A stretch of 45,713 bases of DNA from a bacterium. GTDB lineage: Bacteria > Desulfobacterota > DSWW01. The position numbers and the translations under genes are program-made. The DNA lies in NCBI GenBank assembly GCA_040756235.1, contig JBFLZG010000044.1, forward strand, positions 1 to 45,713. The letters are read 5' to 3'. Below the pieces are notes generated by a model, which made no database searches, was not told the origin of the DNA, and was given only the letters and a program-made list of their open reading frames with translations. Numbering within the stretch: position 1 is the first letter of the stretch; each line of letters starts with the position of its first letter. Shown here piece by piece: positions 36,215 to 44,971 of the stretch.

Positions 36215-37789
36215 CTAGGCGATCTGGCGCTCCTGGCCGACCCAGTATTTCTGGCGCAGTTTCTTCTTGTCCGGCTTTCCGAGCGGGGTGGCCGGAATGC
36301 TTTCCAGGAAGTCGACCGACTTGGGCGCCATCATGCTGCCCTTGTTTTCCTTGCAGAACCGGATCAGGTCCTCCTCGGAAGCGCTCTGACCCGGCTTGAG
36401 GACGACGACCGCCTTGACCGCCTCTCCCCACTTGGCGTCCGGAACGCCGATCACCGCCGCAGCCGCCACGGCCGGATGGCCGTAGAGGAGGTCCTCGATC
36501 TCCTTCGGGTACACGTTGAAGCCGCCGGAGACGATCATGTCCTTCTTCCGGTCCACCATGTAGAGGTAGCCGTACTCGTCCCTGCGGGCGATGTCGCCGG
36601 TGTGCAGGTATCCGTCCCGGATGGTCTCGGCCGTGATCCCGGGCTGGTTCCAGTACCCGAGCATCGTGTTCGGGCTCCTGACCACGATTTCCCCCGGCTC
36701 TCCCACCGGCACCTCCCTGCCGAAGTCGTCGACGAGCTTCACGTCCATCAGCAGGGACGGCCTGCCGCAGGACGCGAAGCGCGCTTCGTCCAGAGGACTG
36801 CCGTCGAGCACGTGGTCCTCGCGCGAGAGAATCGAGATCGCGACCGGGACCTCGGTCTGTCCGTACGACTGCGTGAACACCGGCCCGAAGGTCGCGACCG
36901 CCTGCTTCAGACGCTCGGGAGAGATCGGCGCCGCGCCGTAGATGACGTTGCGCAGGGTGCTGGTGTCGTATTTCTTCAGGTCCGGGTGGCTCATCAGGGC
37001 GTGGATCATGGTCGGCACGACGAAGGTGCTCGTCACCTTTTCCTTCTGGACGGTCTCCAGAAACTTGGTGGCGTTGAAGCCCTGGTGAATGACCACCGAG
37101 CCGCCGGCCAGGAGCACCGGGATGATGTAGACCCTGGCCCCATGCGTCAGCGGGGTGGCCGCCAGGAAGACATCATTCCTCTGGGTGCCCATCTCCATGC
37201 TGGTGATGACGATGGTGGCGGCCCAGGTGCGATGGTTGTGGACGATGCCCTTCGGCTTGCCCGTGGTCCCGCCGGAGTAAATGATGACGCACAGGTCCTC
37301 GGGTCCTATGGCCGAGGCCACCGGCCGGGCGGCGCCTTCGGCCATCAGGCGCTGCAGGTGCAGGGCCTCGGCCGGGACCAGGGCCGGGTCGTCGCTCGAG
37401 CAGACCAGGCGGCGGATCCGGGGCACTTCCTGCCGGAGCCTGGTCACCAGATCCTGGAACAGCTGATGATAGAAGATCGTCTGGGCGCCCGTGTCGTTGA
37501 GGATGTAGAGCAGATCCGGGACCTGGAGATAGGTGGCCAGCGGAGTGGCCGAGATGCCGATCTTGGTGCAGGCAAAATCGAGGAACATGACCTCGGGACA
37601 GTTCGGCATGAGGATGGCGATGTGGTCCCCTTTCCGGAACCCCGCGTCCAGCAGGGAGTTGGCCAGCCGCAGGCCGTTCTCCCGCAGGTCGCAGAACGTG
37701 TACCTCCGGTCTGCGAAGACCAGCGCCGTCTTGTGGCCGTAGTGCAGGCACATGTAGTCGTAGTAGTCCGACATCGTCTTGGTCAGCAT
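36215..37789 (-). CDS. AMP-forming acyl-CoA synthetase (ANL superfamily)
   Basis: YSGGTTGKPKG, YGQTE, LHTGD, DRKKDMIVSGGFNVYP and GKPDKK motifs. ATG 37789 with GGAGG RBS. Confidence 0.95.
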   Translation of the reverse strand: MLTKTMSDYYDYMCLHYGHKTALVFADRRYTFCDLRENGLRLANSLLDAGFRKGDHIAILMPNCPEVMFLDFACTKIGISATPLATYLQVPDLLYILNDTGAQTIFYHQLFQDLVTRLRQEVPRIRRLVCSSDDPALVPAEALHLQRLMAEGAARPVASAIGPEDLCVIIYSGGTTGKPKGIVHNHRTWAATIVITSMEMGTQRNDVFLAATPLTHGARVYIIPVLLAGGSVVIHQGFNATKFLETVQKEKVTSTFVVPTMIHALMSHPDLKKYDTSTLRNVIYGAAPISPERLKQAVATFGPVFTQSYGQTEVPVAISILSREDHVLDGSPLDEARFASCGRPSLLMDVKLVDDFGREVPVGEPGEIVVRSPNTMLGYWNQPGITAETIRDGYLHTGDIARRDEYGYLYMVDRKKDMIVSGGFNVYPKEIEDLLYGHPAVAAAAVIGVPDAKWGEAVKAVVVLKPGQSASEEDLIRFCKENKGSMMAPKSVDFLESIPATPLGKPDKKKLRQKYWVGQERQIA

Positions 37790-37942
37790 CGCTGCCTCCA
37801 ATCAGGTCATTCCCGCGAAAGTTCCCCAACATTTCGTGTCCTCGCTCCGCCTCAATGCGGCCTTGGTCGGGAGGCGAGATCCGGAATCCCACTGCACAGA
37901 GGCGATTGCGGGATCCCGGGGCACAGCGGGATTCCCGCTTTC

Positions 37943-38138
37943 GAGGCTGTGTCGCAAGCCGGCCAGACCCTGCTCCCTGTCTTTCCGTCACCCCGACGAA
38001 CCCCGGATCGGAGTCCGGGGCAGGGACCGGGGTCCAGTCACTGTTACCCGGCAATCACCGCTTGCACGGTGCACCCTCCTGGATCCCGGCTCCCACGCGC
38101 TGCGCAGGTGGGCCGGGATGACGAAATGACACAGCCGC
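37943..38138 (+). mobile_element. 196 bp MITE (family 2) inserted in a REP loop
   Basis: GAGGCTGTGTCG...TGACACAGCCGC flanked by TTTC on both sides. Excision restores GGATTCCCGC-TTTC-GCGGGAATGACG. Confidence 0.85.
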
Positions 38139-38234
38139 TTTCGCGGGAATGACGGCCCTGTAGGGCGCGGTCTGCTGGACCACCTGCCCGTTTTTCCGAT
38201 CCTTCAAGTGCGCTCCCCCGCGCATCACGATTGC

Positions 38235-39719
38235 CTACCACACCTTCTCGTAGGTCTCCCACTCCGCATCGGAAATCATCCCCTTCTTGCGATAGTACTG
38301 CCGGGCTTCCGCCAGGATACGCTCCACGTCCTGCTCCTGGGCCGCGCTCACGGGCGGATCCACCTTGTGCTCGGAAAGCATCTGCGCCATCACGTCTTTC
38401 GCGTAATCGAGGGCCCTCTTCTTGCCGGACGCAAGCCACTCCGGGTAGGTCATTCGTTCCGCGACCTTCGGCACGTAGCTCTGAAGCCTCCACCACTTCC
38501 GTGTGTGGGCCGTGTTCAGGAAGTGTCCCGGGATCGGTCCGACCTCGCGGATGACGTCCACGGCCAGCGTCTCCGGGCTGACGGTCTCCCCTTCGACGAA
38601 CCGGCCGATCATGCCGGCGATGTCGTCGTCCAGGATCGCCTGGAGCGGATGCATGGTCAGCTCGCTGGAAACCGACCCGTGCAGGCTGATGCAGTGAGCG
38701 CCGGAGACGGCTGCGAGCGCGGCCGCGGTCGCCTTCTCGTAACCGGTCTGGAAATCCATGCTCTTGGACAGCGGCATGGCCCCGGCCCCGGCCGCCATCG
38801 GAACGTCGTAGTGCCTCCAGACCTGGTTGAACATGGCCTGGACGATGGAGGCGCCGATCTCGCTGAACGCCGGTGAGCCGGTCCGCATGTTCAGCGGGTG
38901 GGTGAAATTGATCACCGCCACCCGATGGCCCGGGCTGATCAGCTGAATGAGCGCGAGCATGGCGATGATCTCGGCGTTGCCGGTGACCAGCGATCCGGCG
39001 TGCGTCGCCGGACCGCTCCCGCCGTAGACCGCACCGTTCAGGATCCCCAGGGGGAAGCCGGCTTCGATCATGCGCCTGGCGTGCAGGACCGACCCGTCGT
39101 ACCAGCTGAGCGGGGGCGAGGCGCTCAGGGCCCCGATGACTTCCATGCCCAGCGCCTGGGCGATCTGGATGTTGAAGATCTCGCAGTCGAGCTGGTGCGC
39201 CGTCATCTGGTGCTTGGTGGAGTAAAGCGCCTGCAGGGCCACGCCCTCGGTCATGGCCATGACCGGCGGCACCCCCGCGAAACCGAAGTACGGGTAGGCG
39301 ATCAGCCAGTGGAGGTTCTGCAAAGAATCGAGCACCCGGATGAGATCCCGATGCTCCTCCTTGGTGGGCGGACGCGGATCCAGCGTGTCCAGGTCGACCG
39401 TCTGCATGCCGCAGGAGTTCACGAAGTAGAGCGTGTTGCCGCCGATTCGGCAGTCCCTCGCCGGATTCCTGGCGTGCAGCCGGAAGCTGCCCGGCGCCTT
39501 GCGGATGCAGTCCTCCACCAGCATCTCCGGGAAGCGGACGCGGGAGACGCTCCGATCCACGATGCAGCCGTTCTTCTCGAAGAAGTCGAGGGCCCATGGG
39601 CTCTCGAAGCGGACGCCGGTTTCCCGCAGGACGTCCAGGGTCGCGCGGTGGATGCCCTGGAGGTCCTCGGGGGAAAGGATCTTGAGCGGACGGAACTTGC
39701 GCGTGAAGCCGTGCAGCAT
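38235..39719 (-). CDS. MttB-superfamily corrinoid-dependent methyltransferase (non-pyrrolysine)
   Basis: LS..DL..IH.ATL.VL.E.GV, AP.SF.L.ARNP, SPPL, P.T.AG.L...NAE, SK..D.Q.GYE, I..VGP..GHFL...HT motifs; no in-frame TAG. Confidence 0.92.
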   Translation of the reverse strand: MLHGFTRKFRPLKILSPEDLQGIHRATLDVLRETGVRFESPWALDFFEKNGCIVDRSVSRVRFPEMLVEDCIRKAPGSFRLHARNPARDCRIGGNTLYFVNSCGMQTVDLDTLDPRPPTKEEHRDLIRVLDSLQNLHWLIAYPYFGFAGVPPVMAMTEGVALQALYSTKHQMTAHQLDCEIFNIQIAQALGMEVIGALSASPPLSWYDGSVLHARRMIEAGFPLGILNGAVYGGSGPATHAGSLVTGNAEIIAMLALIQLISPGHRVAVINFTHPLNMRTGSPAFSEIGASIVQAMFNQVWRHYDVPMAAGAGAMPLSKSMDFQTGYEKATAAALAAVSGAHCISLHGSVSSELTMHPLQAILDDDIAGMIGRFVEGETVSPETLAVDVIREVGPIPGHFLNTAHTRKWWRLQSYVPKVAERMTYPEWLASGKKRALDYAKDVMAQMLSEHKVDPPVSAAQEQDVERILAEARQYYRKKGMISDAEWETYEKVW

Positions 39720-39939
39720 GGAATCTCTCCCTACAGCAGTTGTCCGTCTTCAGTGGCCAGTTATCACCCAGAACTACGATTGAAACGAATTTGATGAGGA
39801 GATAACTGTCACCCCTCACCTTGATCCTCTCCCCTCGGAGGGGAGAGGAAATCCCTACCCTCGCCCCCGCAAGTGGAGAGGGTAGGAGTGAGGGGGGGCG
39901 CAGCCCGAATGCGAGTTCATTCCTAGAACCTCAACAGGC

Positions 39940-40704
39940 TCACCCCTGCGGGCCGGCGAAAAACCCCCCATCCGCCGGCAGGGCCACGCCGGTGATGAAG
40001 GAGGCCGCGTCCGAGCAGAGCCACACCGCGGCCTCCGCGATCTCCCAGGCTTCGCCGATGCGCTGGACCGGGTGCATGGTGGCCAGAAATTTCAGGGTTT
40101 CGGCGTCGCAGAACTTCTCCGTCATCGGGGTGTTCACCATGGCAGGGCAGACCGCGTTGACGCGGATCTTCTGAGGGCCGTACTCGATGGCCGCCGCCTT
40201 GGTGATGCCCACCACGCCGTGCTTGGCGGCCACGTAGCCGTAGTGGCGCGGCATGCCGAAAAGGCCGGCCAGGGAAGCGGTGTTGACGATCGCTCCCCCG
40301 CCGCTCCTGAGCATCTCGGTGATCTCGTATTTCATGCACAGCCAGACGCCGGTCAGGTTCACCGCGATCAGCCGGTCCCAGCTCTCCTCCGAGTACTCGG
40401 TCAGGGGCGGCCGGCCCATCTCGATGCCGGCGTTGTTGAACGCGCAGTCCAGCCGGCCGAAGGCCTCCACGGTGCGGGCGACCATCTGCCGGACTTCGTC
40501 GACGCGCGCGACGTCGGTGCGGATGAAGACGGCCTTGCCGCCCGCCGCCTCGATCCTGCGGACCGTCTCCCCGCCCCCCTTCGCATCCACGTCGACGACC
40601 GCCACGCGGGCGCCGCTGCGAGCGAAGAGCTCTGCAGCCGACCTCCCGATCCCGCTCCCGGCGCCGGTTACCAGGGCGACTTTCCCGTCCATGCCGTGAA
40701 CCAT
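39940..40704 (-). CDS. Classical SDR family oxidoreductase
   Basis: TGAGSGIG, FNNAG, NTAS, YVAAKHG and ADGG motifs. ATG 40704. Confidence 0.93.
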   Translation of the reverse strand: MVHGMDGKVALVTGAGSGIGRSAAELFARSGARVAVVDVDAKGGGETVRRIEAAGGKAVFIRTDVARVDEVRQMVARTVEAFGRLDCAFNNAGIEMGRPPLTEYSEESWDRLIAVNLTGVWLCMKYEITEMLRSGGGAIVNTASLAGLFGMPRHYGYVAAKHGVVGITKAAAIEYGPQKIRVNAVCPAMVNTPMTEKFCDAETLKFLATMHPVQRIGEAWEIAEAAVWLCSDAASFITGVALPADGGFFAGPQG

Positions 40705-40871
40705 CACGCCCCCCTCTGTTCTTCTTTCTGGAAAGACGAGCCTCTTTTCGGTCATTCCGGCGCAGGCCGGAATCCAGTCCCTGCATCCCGTGACTCCGGC
40801 CGCTCCCTGTAGCAGGCTGCTGGATCCCGGCTCACACGTGCTGCGCAACCGGGCCGGGATGACGAAAGAAA

Positions 40872-42242
40872 TCAATCTTCCTTATAAAGCTTTTCGAACC
40901 GCTTGCTCTTCACCATGGCCCGTTCGAACGTTCCGGGCGGCTGCCAGAGGATCTTCGGCCGGATCTTGACCCGGTGGTGGAAGGCGTCCGACAGCTCCTT
41001 TTCCAGGTCCGGGAGCTTCTCTTGCGGGAAATCCTTGCCGACCTCCACCTTGATCTTGAGCGGCGGCTCCACCCGCGGCGGCTTTTCCGTCAGCACGATC
41101 TTGAACTCACCGGTCACGCGCGGGGTGAAGCTCTCGAGCACCGCCGCGATCGCCACCGGATAGACGATGACCCCCTTGACCTTCAGCATGTCGTCGGTCC
41201 GGCCCACGATCTTGTAGCGGAACCCGGACCCGCCGCAGGGGCAGGGAGACGTCGTCACCTCGTGGAGGTCTCCCAGGCTCGAACGCAGCGGCATGAGGCT
41301 GCCGGCCATGAGCGGCGTGAGCACGGCCTCGCCCTTGGCTCCGTCCTCCAGCGGGATCGGCTCGCGGGTGCCCGGGTCCACCAGCTCGTAGAGGCAGTAG
41401 TCGTCGGCCAGGTGGTGCATGCCCTGGTACTCCGGGTAGGTGCACGAGACCCCCAGCGCCCCGCCGTGGTCGATCAGCACCCCACCGAACCCTTCCTCGA
41501 TCTTCTTGCGGATCTCCGGCACTCCGGGACCGGGCTCTCCGCCGCACAGGAGCAGGTGGATGCCCATCTCCCTGGCCGGCTTGCCGAGCTTCTGGGGGGC
41601 CGCGTCCACGAGGTAGGAAGCGAGCGACGGGGTGCCGATGAAGATGGTCGGCTTGTAATGCCTGGCCATCTGGAAGATGCGATCGGTCCCGGTCTCCGCG
41701 CCGACCGGAATGACCCCCAGCTCCATCCGCATCAGCCCCATGACCGTGGCGATGCCGCCGATGTGCATCGAAAGGCCGAAGCACTCGAGCACCCGGTCGC
41801 GTCTGCGTGCCCCTGCCCGCCACAGCCCTCGCGCCAGGTGCTCTCCCCAAACCTCGAAGATCGCCTTGAACGTGAACGGGTAAGGGGTGGGATCGCCGGT
41901 GGTGCCGGTGGTGCTGTTGATGAGGGTCAGCTCGTCCACCGAGATGGGCAGCTCTTCTCTGAGGAGCTGGATCAGGTCCCCGTCGCAGGCGGCGGCGTGA
42001 TCGCGATAGTCCTCTTTCGTGAAGATCGGGATGATGCGGGAGTAGTCGTCCAGGCTGCGGATCTTCCGGTCCACGTTGTCCGCCGTGATGCCCACTTCCC
42101 GGTACTTCTTTTGAAAATAGGTGGAACCCTGGCAGAGCTGCTTGAGCGCGTGCTGGAGCTTGTAGAACTGAACCTCCCTCATCTGGGGTGTGTTCAGGAA
42201 CGGCTCGACGTTCATGTCCCAGTATCTCCTCTCCTCGTCCAT
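40872..42242 (-). CDS. Phenylacetate-CoA ligase (PaaK)-like aryl/acyl-CoA ligase
   Basis: STTGTTGDP, GTPS, GGEPG, CPCG and GRTDDMLKVKGV.VYP motifs. ATG 42242. Confidence 0.9.
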   Translation of the reverse strand: MDEERRYWDMNVEPFLNTPQMREVQFYKLQHALKQLCQGSTYFQKKYREVGITADNVDRKIRSLDDYSRIIPIFTKEDYRDHAAACDGDLIQLLREELPISVDELTLINSTTGTTGDPTPYPFTFKAIFEVWGEHLARGLWRAGARRRDRVLECFGLSMHIGGIATVMGLMRMELGVIPVGAETGTDRIFQMARHYKPTIFIGTPSLASYLVDAAPQKLGKPAREMGIHLLLCGGEPGPGVPEIRKKIEEGFGGVLIDHGGALGVSCTYPEYQGMHHLADDYCLYELVDPGTREPIPLEDGAKGEAVLTPLMAGSLMPLRSSLGDLHEVTTSPCPCGGSGFRYKIVGRTDDMLKVKGVIVYPVAIAAVLESFTPRVTGEFKIVLTEKPPRVEPPLKIKVEVGKDFPQEKLPDLEKELSDAFHHRVKIRPKILWQPPGTFERAMVKSKRFEKLYKED

Positions 42243-42288
42243 CTTTCTGCCTCGCTTTGTTCCGTTCAGTTCACGCGGACCGGGCTGG

Positions 42289-43083
42289 TCATTCGAAAGG
42301 GTGAGGGGCAAGGGGCCTGTTCTTCCAATAGAAAGGGTCGTGCTCGGGCACGATCTCCGCTCCCGCAAGCCGGAGCAGCGAGAGCACATTGAAGACCTGG
42401 ACGACCTTGGACTCGTCCCAGGCCACCCAGGGGAGGATCCTCTTCTCGAGCTGCTCGATGCTGTCCAGGGCGTCGCTGGTCAGCACGTAGCGGCGGCCGT
42501 CGGTCACCGTCACCATGAGGCTCATCATCCCTGGCGTGTGCCCGGGCATCGGAAAAGCCACGACCGTGCCGTCGCCGAACACGTCCAGGACTCCGTCGAC
42601 GGGCACGAAATGGAGGCGTTTGAGGTCGCCGTAGTCGGCCGGCATGTAGCCGATCTGGCCCTCCTCGATGACCTGGAGCTCCGAGCGCTGCACGAAGATC
42701 GGCACCTCGGTGTCGGCGAACACGTGCACGCTGCCGGCATGGTCCAAATGGCCGTGGCTCAGGATGAGCCCGTTCAGGTCCCGGGGCTCGATCCCCAACC
42801 GACTCTTGAGCTGCTTGTCGAACGCCTCTTCCGGTTTCATCTCGGGGACGATCGGGACGGCGAGAATGTCCTTGCCCAGATGGCCCTCGGGATCCCGGGC
42901 GCAGCGCTCGTTCATGCCGGTGTCGAAAGCGACCAGGCTGCTTCCATGGCGGACGACGTAAAAAGGAATGGGGATCCAATGGGGACGGCCCATCTCCCGT
43001 TCGTCCGTGGTCTGGATCAGCCTCTCTTTGACCGTTCGGATGTAGCCACCGATGAACGCATGGATTTCCACCTGGACCGCCAT
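42289..43083 (-). CDS. Metallo-beta-lactamase-fold hydrolase, N-acyl-homoserine lactonase (AiiA)-like
   Basis: FDTG, SHGHLDHAG (HxHxDH), DVFGDG, PGHTPG, SDA and PEHD motifs. ATG 43083 with AAAGGA RBS. Confidence 0.9.
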   Translation of the reverse strand: MAVQVEIHAFIGGYIRTVKERLIQTTDEREMGRPHWIPIPFYVVRHGSSLVAFDTGMNERCARDPEGHLGKDILAVPIVPEMKPEEAFDKQLKSRLGIEPRDLNGLILSHGHLDHAGSVHVFADTEVPIFVQRSELQVIEEGQIGYMPADYGDLKRLHFVPVDGVLDVFGDGTVVAFPMPGHTPGMMSLMVTVTDGRRYVLTSDALDSIEQLEKRILPWVAWDESKVVQVFNVLSLLRLAGAEIVPEHDPFYWKNRPLAPHPFE

Positions 43084-43226
43084 GAGACACCGTCCTTTCT
43101 TTCCGGAAGTTCTTGCGCACCGGCCGAGCCGAAGGATCGCAACCACGGGATCGGGCCCGGGAGAAGCTTGCGTCTTTCCCGGGGGCTCCCAGTCTCCGAA
43201 AAACGATCGGTCCTGTAAACACCTAG

Positions 43227-43252
43227 AAATAGGGATTTCGGTATCCCCATTT
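43227..43252. promoter_or_regulatory. Inverted repeat in the AT-richer divergent promoter region; candidate regulator site
   Basis: AAATAGGGAT-N6-ATCCCCATTT (9/10 match); a TAGAAT -10-like hexamer at 43267. Confidence 0.45.
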
Positions 43253-43339
43253 GTTGGGTATTGTAGTAGAATGGCCCGGTACGAACGGCCACCGTCCGCA
43301 AGACTTCTCCTGCAATCTATCCAAGTCGGCACAACAATC

Positions 43340-44971
43340 GTGGCAAAGCAAAGAACCCAAAGAGCCCCCACCCTCCCGCAGTTCACCACGCTGAAGCAGG
43401 TCTTCGAGTCCTTTCAGCCCCGGATCATCGAAGAGACGCTCAAGCGCTTTGGTGAGGATCCCGGCACGGACTACAAGCGCTTCGTCCTCAAAACCGACCT
43501 GTTGCGCGAGCGGGCCAAAGCCTTCTGCGAGGTGCTGGTCCTGGCCCTGGAAGGGGATCGGAGCCCGCTCCGAAAGGACCAGGCCAACGCCGGCTACGAC
43601 CGGGCCCTGAGAGGCTTCAACCTGGGAGACGTGCTGAGACCGCAGGATGTCTTTCGCTGGGTTCTGTACGACCTGCTGGCTGAGCTGCAGTCCAAAGGAC
43701 AACTCGCGTTCCCCGACATCCTGAAGGAGGTCTACGAGTTCTACTCGGTCATGATCGAGGCCTACCAGCAGAACGCCCTCTCCTTCATCCGCACCCGCGA
43801 GGAGCTGATCAATGAAAAGGTGAATCAGCTTCAGGCGCTCTACGACTTCACGCAGGAACTGCTCGCCGAGCCGCCCCGTTCCGACGCCATCTTCCGCCGG
43901 CTCTTCGAAGAGATGATCCGTCTGTTTCCGGACGGGGAACTCATCCTGGCGATCTGGAAGGGCGCCAACGCCCACCTGATCTTCCATCACCCCGAGAATT
44001 TACAGAAGGCCGCCATATTGCCTTTCCTGGAACAGGTCGGAGGGAACCCCGCGCCCCTGTACATGGACGAGACAGGAAGCACCTCCGGGGACATCGACCA
44101 TGCGAAGATGAAGACGTGTGTGGTGATCCCCTGGTCCGGGCCGACCTCGTATCGCGGCGTGCTGGTCCTCCGGACCCCCCAGGGGTTCGCCTTCACGCTC
44201 AAGGAATCCCATCTCATCCAGCAGTTCCTGCATCTGTCCGCGGTGGCGATCGAAAACGCGGAAATGCTCGTGGAAGTGGAGCGCAAGCAGCGCGAGCTGC
44301 AGGTCATGACCAACCGGATGCTCGAAATCCGGGAAGAGGAGCGCAAGAAGCTCGCCGCGGACCTGCACGACACCTTTGCCCAGACCCTCGTCTTTCTCGA
44401 CTACCGGCTGCAATATTTCGGAGAGGTCCTCAGGAAAGAGCCCGAATTGCTGCAGGAGAAGTTCGCCGAGCTGCGCACGATCGTCAAGAGGGCCGCCGAC
44501 CAGTGCCGGGTCATGATATCGAGCCTGCGGCCGGACCTGATCGACACCCTCGGGCTGACCGGGGCGCTGAGGCGGCTGGTGGAGAACTTCGAGGCAGAGA
44601 CCGGGATCGACGTGGAAACTCACTTCTCCGACCTGAGCATTTCCGGCAAGACCAAGATCTGCCTCTTCCGGGTCGCTCAGGAGGCCTTGAACAATGTGTC
44701 CAAGCATGCCCAAGCGACCAGCGTGGACTTCTCTCTCAAGAAAGAGCGGGATCTGGTCCGGCTCGTGGTCTCGGACAACGGCCTGGGCTTCGACGCGTCC
44801 GCCCATTGCGTCTCGAGTGCGGAGGCCCGCAAGCTGGGCCTCCTGTTCATGAAGGAGCGGATCGAGGGGCTGGGCGGCGAGCTCGTCGTCGCCTCCCGCC
44901 CCGGGAGCGGATGCCGGGTCGAGGCGTCGATCCCTTACACCTTAAAGGAAGACACCCATGGCACCGACTGA
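43340..44971 (+). CDS. Soluble sensor histidine kinase (helical RsbRD_N-like domain, GAF-like domain, HisKA_3, HATPase)
   Basis: EEERKKLAADLHD, QEALNNV.KHA, DNGLGF and LGL..MKER motifs; no TM helix seen. Start uncertain (GTG 43340 or ATG 43271). Confidence 0.9.
   Translation: MAKQRTQRAPTLPQFTTLKQVFESFQPRIIEETLKRFGEDPGTDYKRFVLKTDLLRERAKAFCEVLVLALEGDRSPLRKDQANAGYDRALRGFNLGDVLRPQDVFRWVLYDLLAELQSKGQLAFPDILKEVYEFYSVMIEAYQQNALSFIRTREELINEKVNQLQALYDFTQELLAEPPRSDAIFRRLFEEMIRLFPDGELILAIWKGANAHLIFHHPENLQKAAILPFLEQVGGNPAPLYMDETGSTSGDIDHAKMKTCVVIPWSGPTSYRGVLVLRTPQGFAFTLKESHLIQQFLHLSAVAIENAEMLVEVERKQRELQVMTNRMLEIREEERKKLAADLHDTFAQTLVFLDYRLQYFGEVLRKEPELLQEKFAELRTIVKRAADQCRVMISSLRPDLIDTLGLTGALRRLVENFEAETGIDVETHFSDLSISGKTKICLFRVAQEALNNVSKHAQATSVDFSLKKERDLVRLVVSDNGLGFDASAHCVSSAEARKLGLLFMKERIEGLGGELVVASRPGSGCRVEASIPYTLKEDTHGTD

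Noticed and set aside
38235..39719. Pyrrolysine or selenocysteine recoding in MttB or neighbouring genes
   Set aside because: No in-frame TAG or TGA interrupts these coding regions.
21600..40870. Recurrent palindromic repeats considered as a CRISPR array
   Set aside because: They are dispersed in intergenic spaces with no regular repeat-spacer period and no cas genes; REP/MITE-like instead.
40705..40875. N-terminal extensions of ORF-track proteins through REP/MITE DNA (also 21598-21819, 25549-25707, 43084-43389)
   Set aside because: They translate repeats or promoter DNA, and better RBS-associated starts lie downstream.
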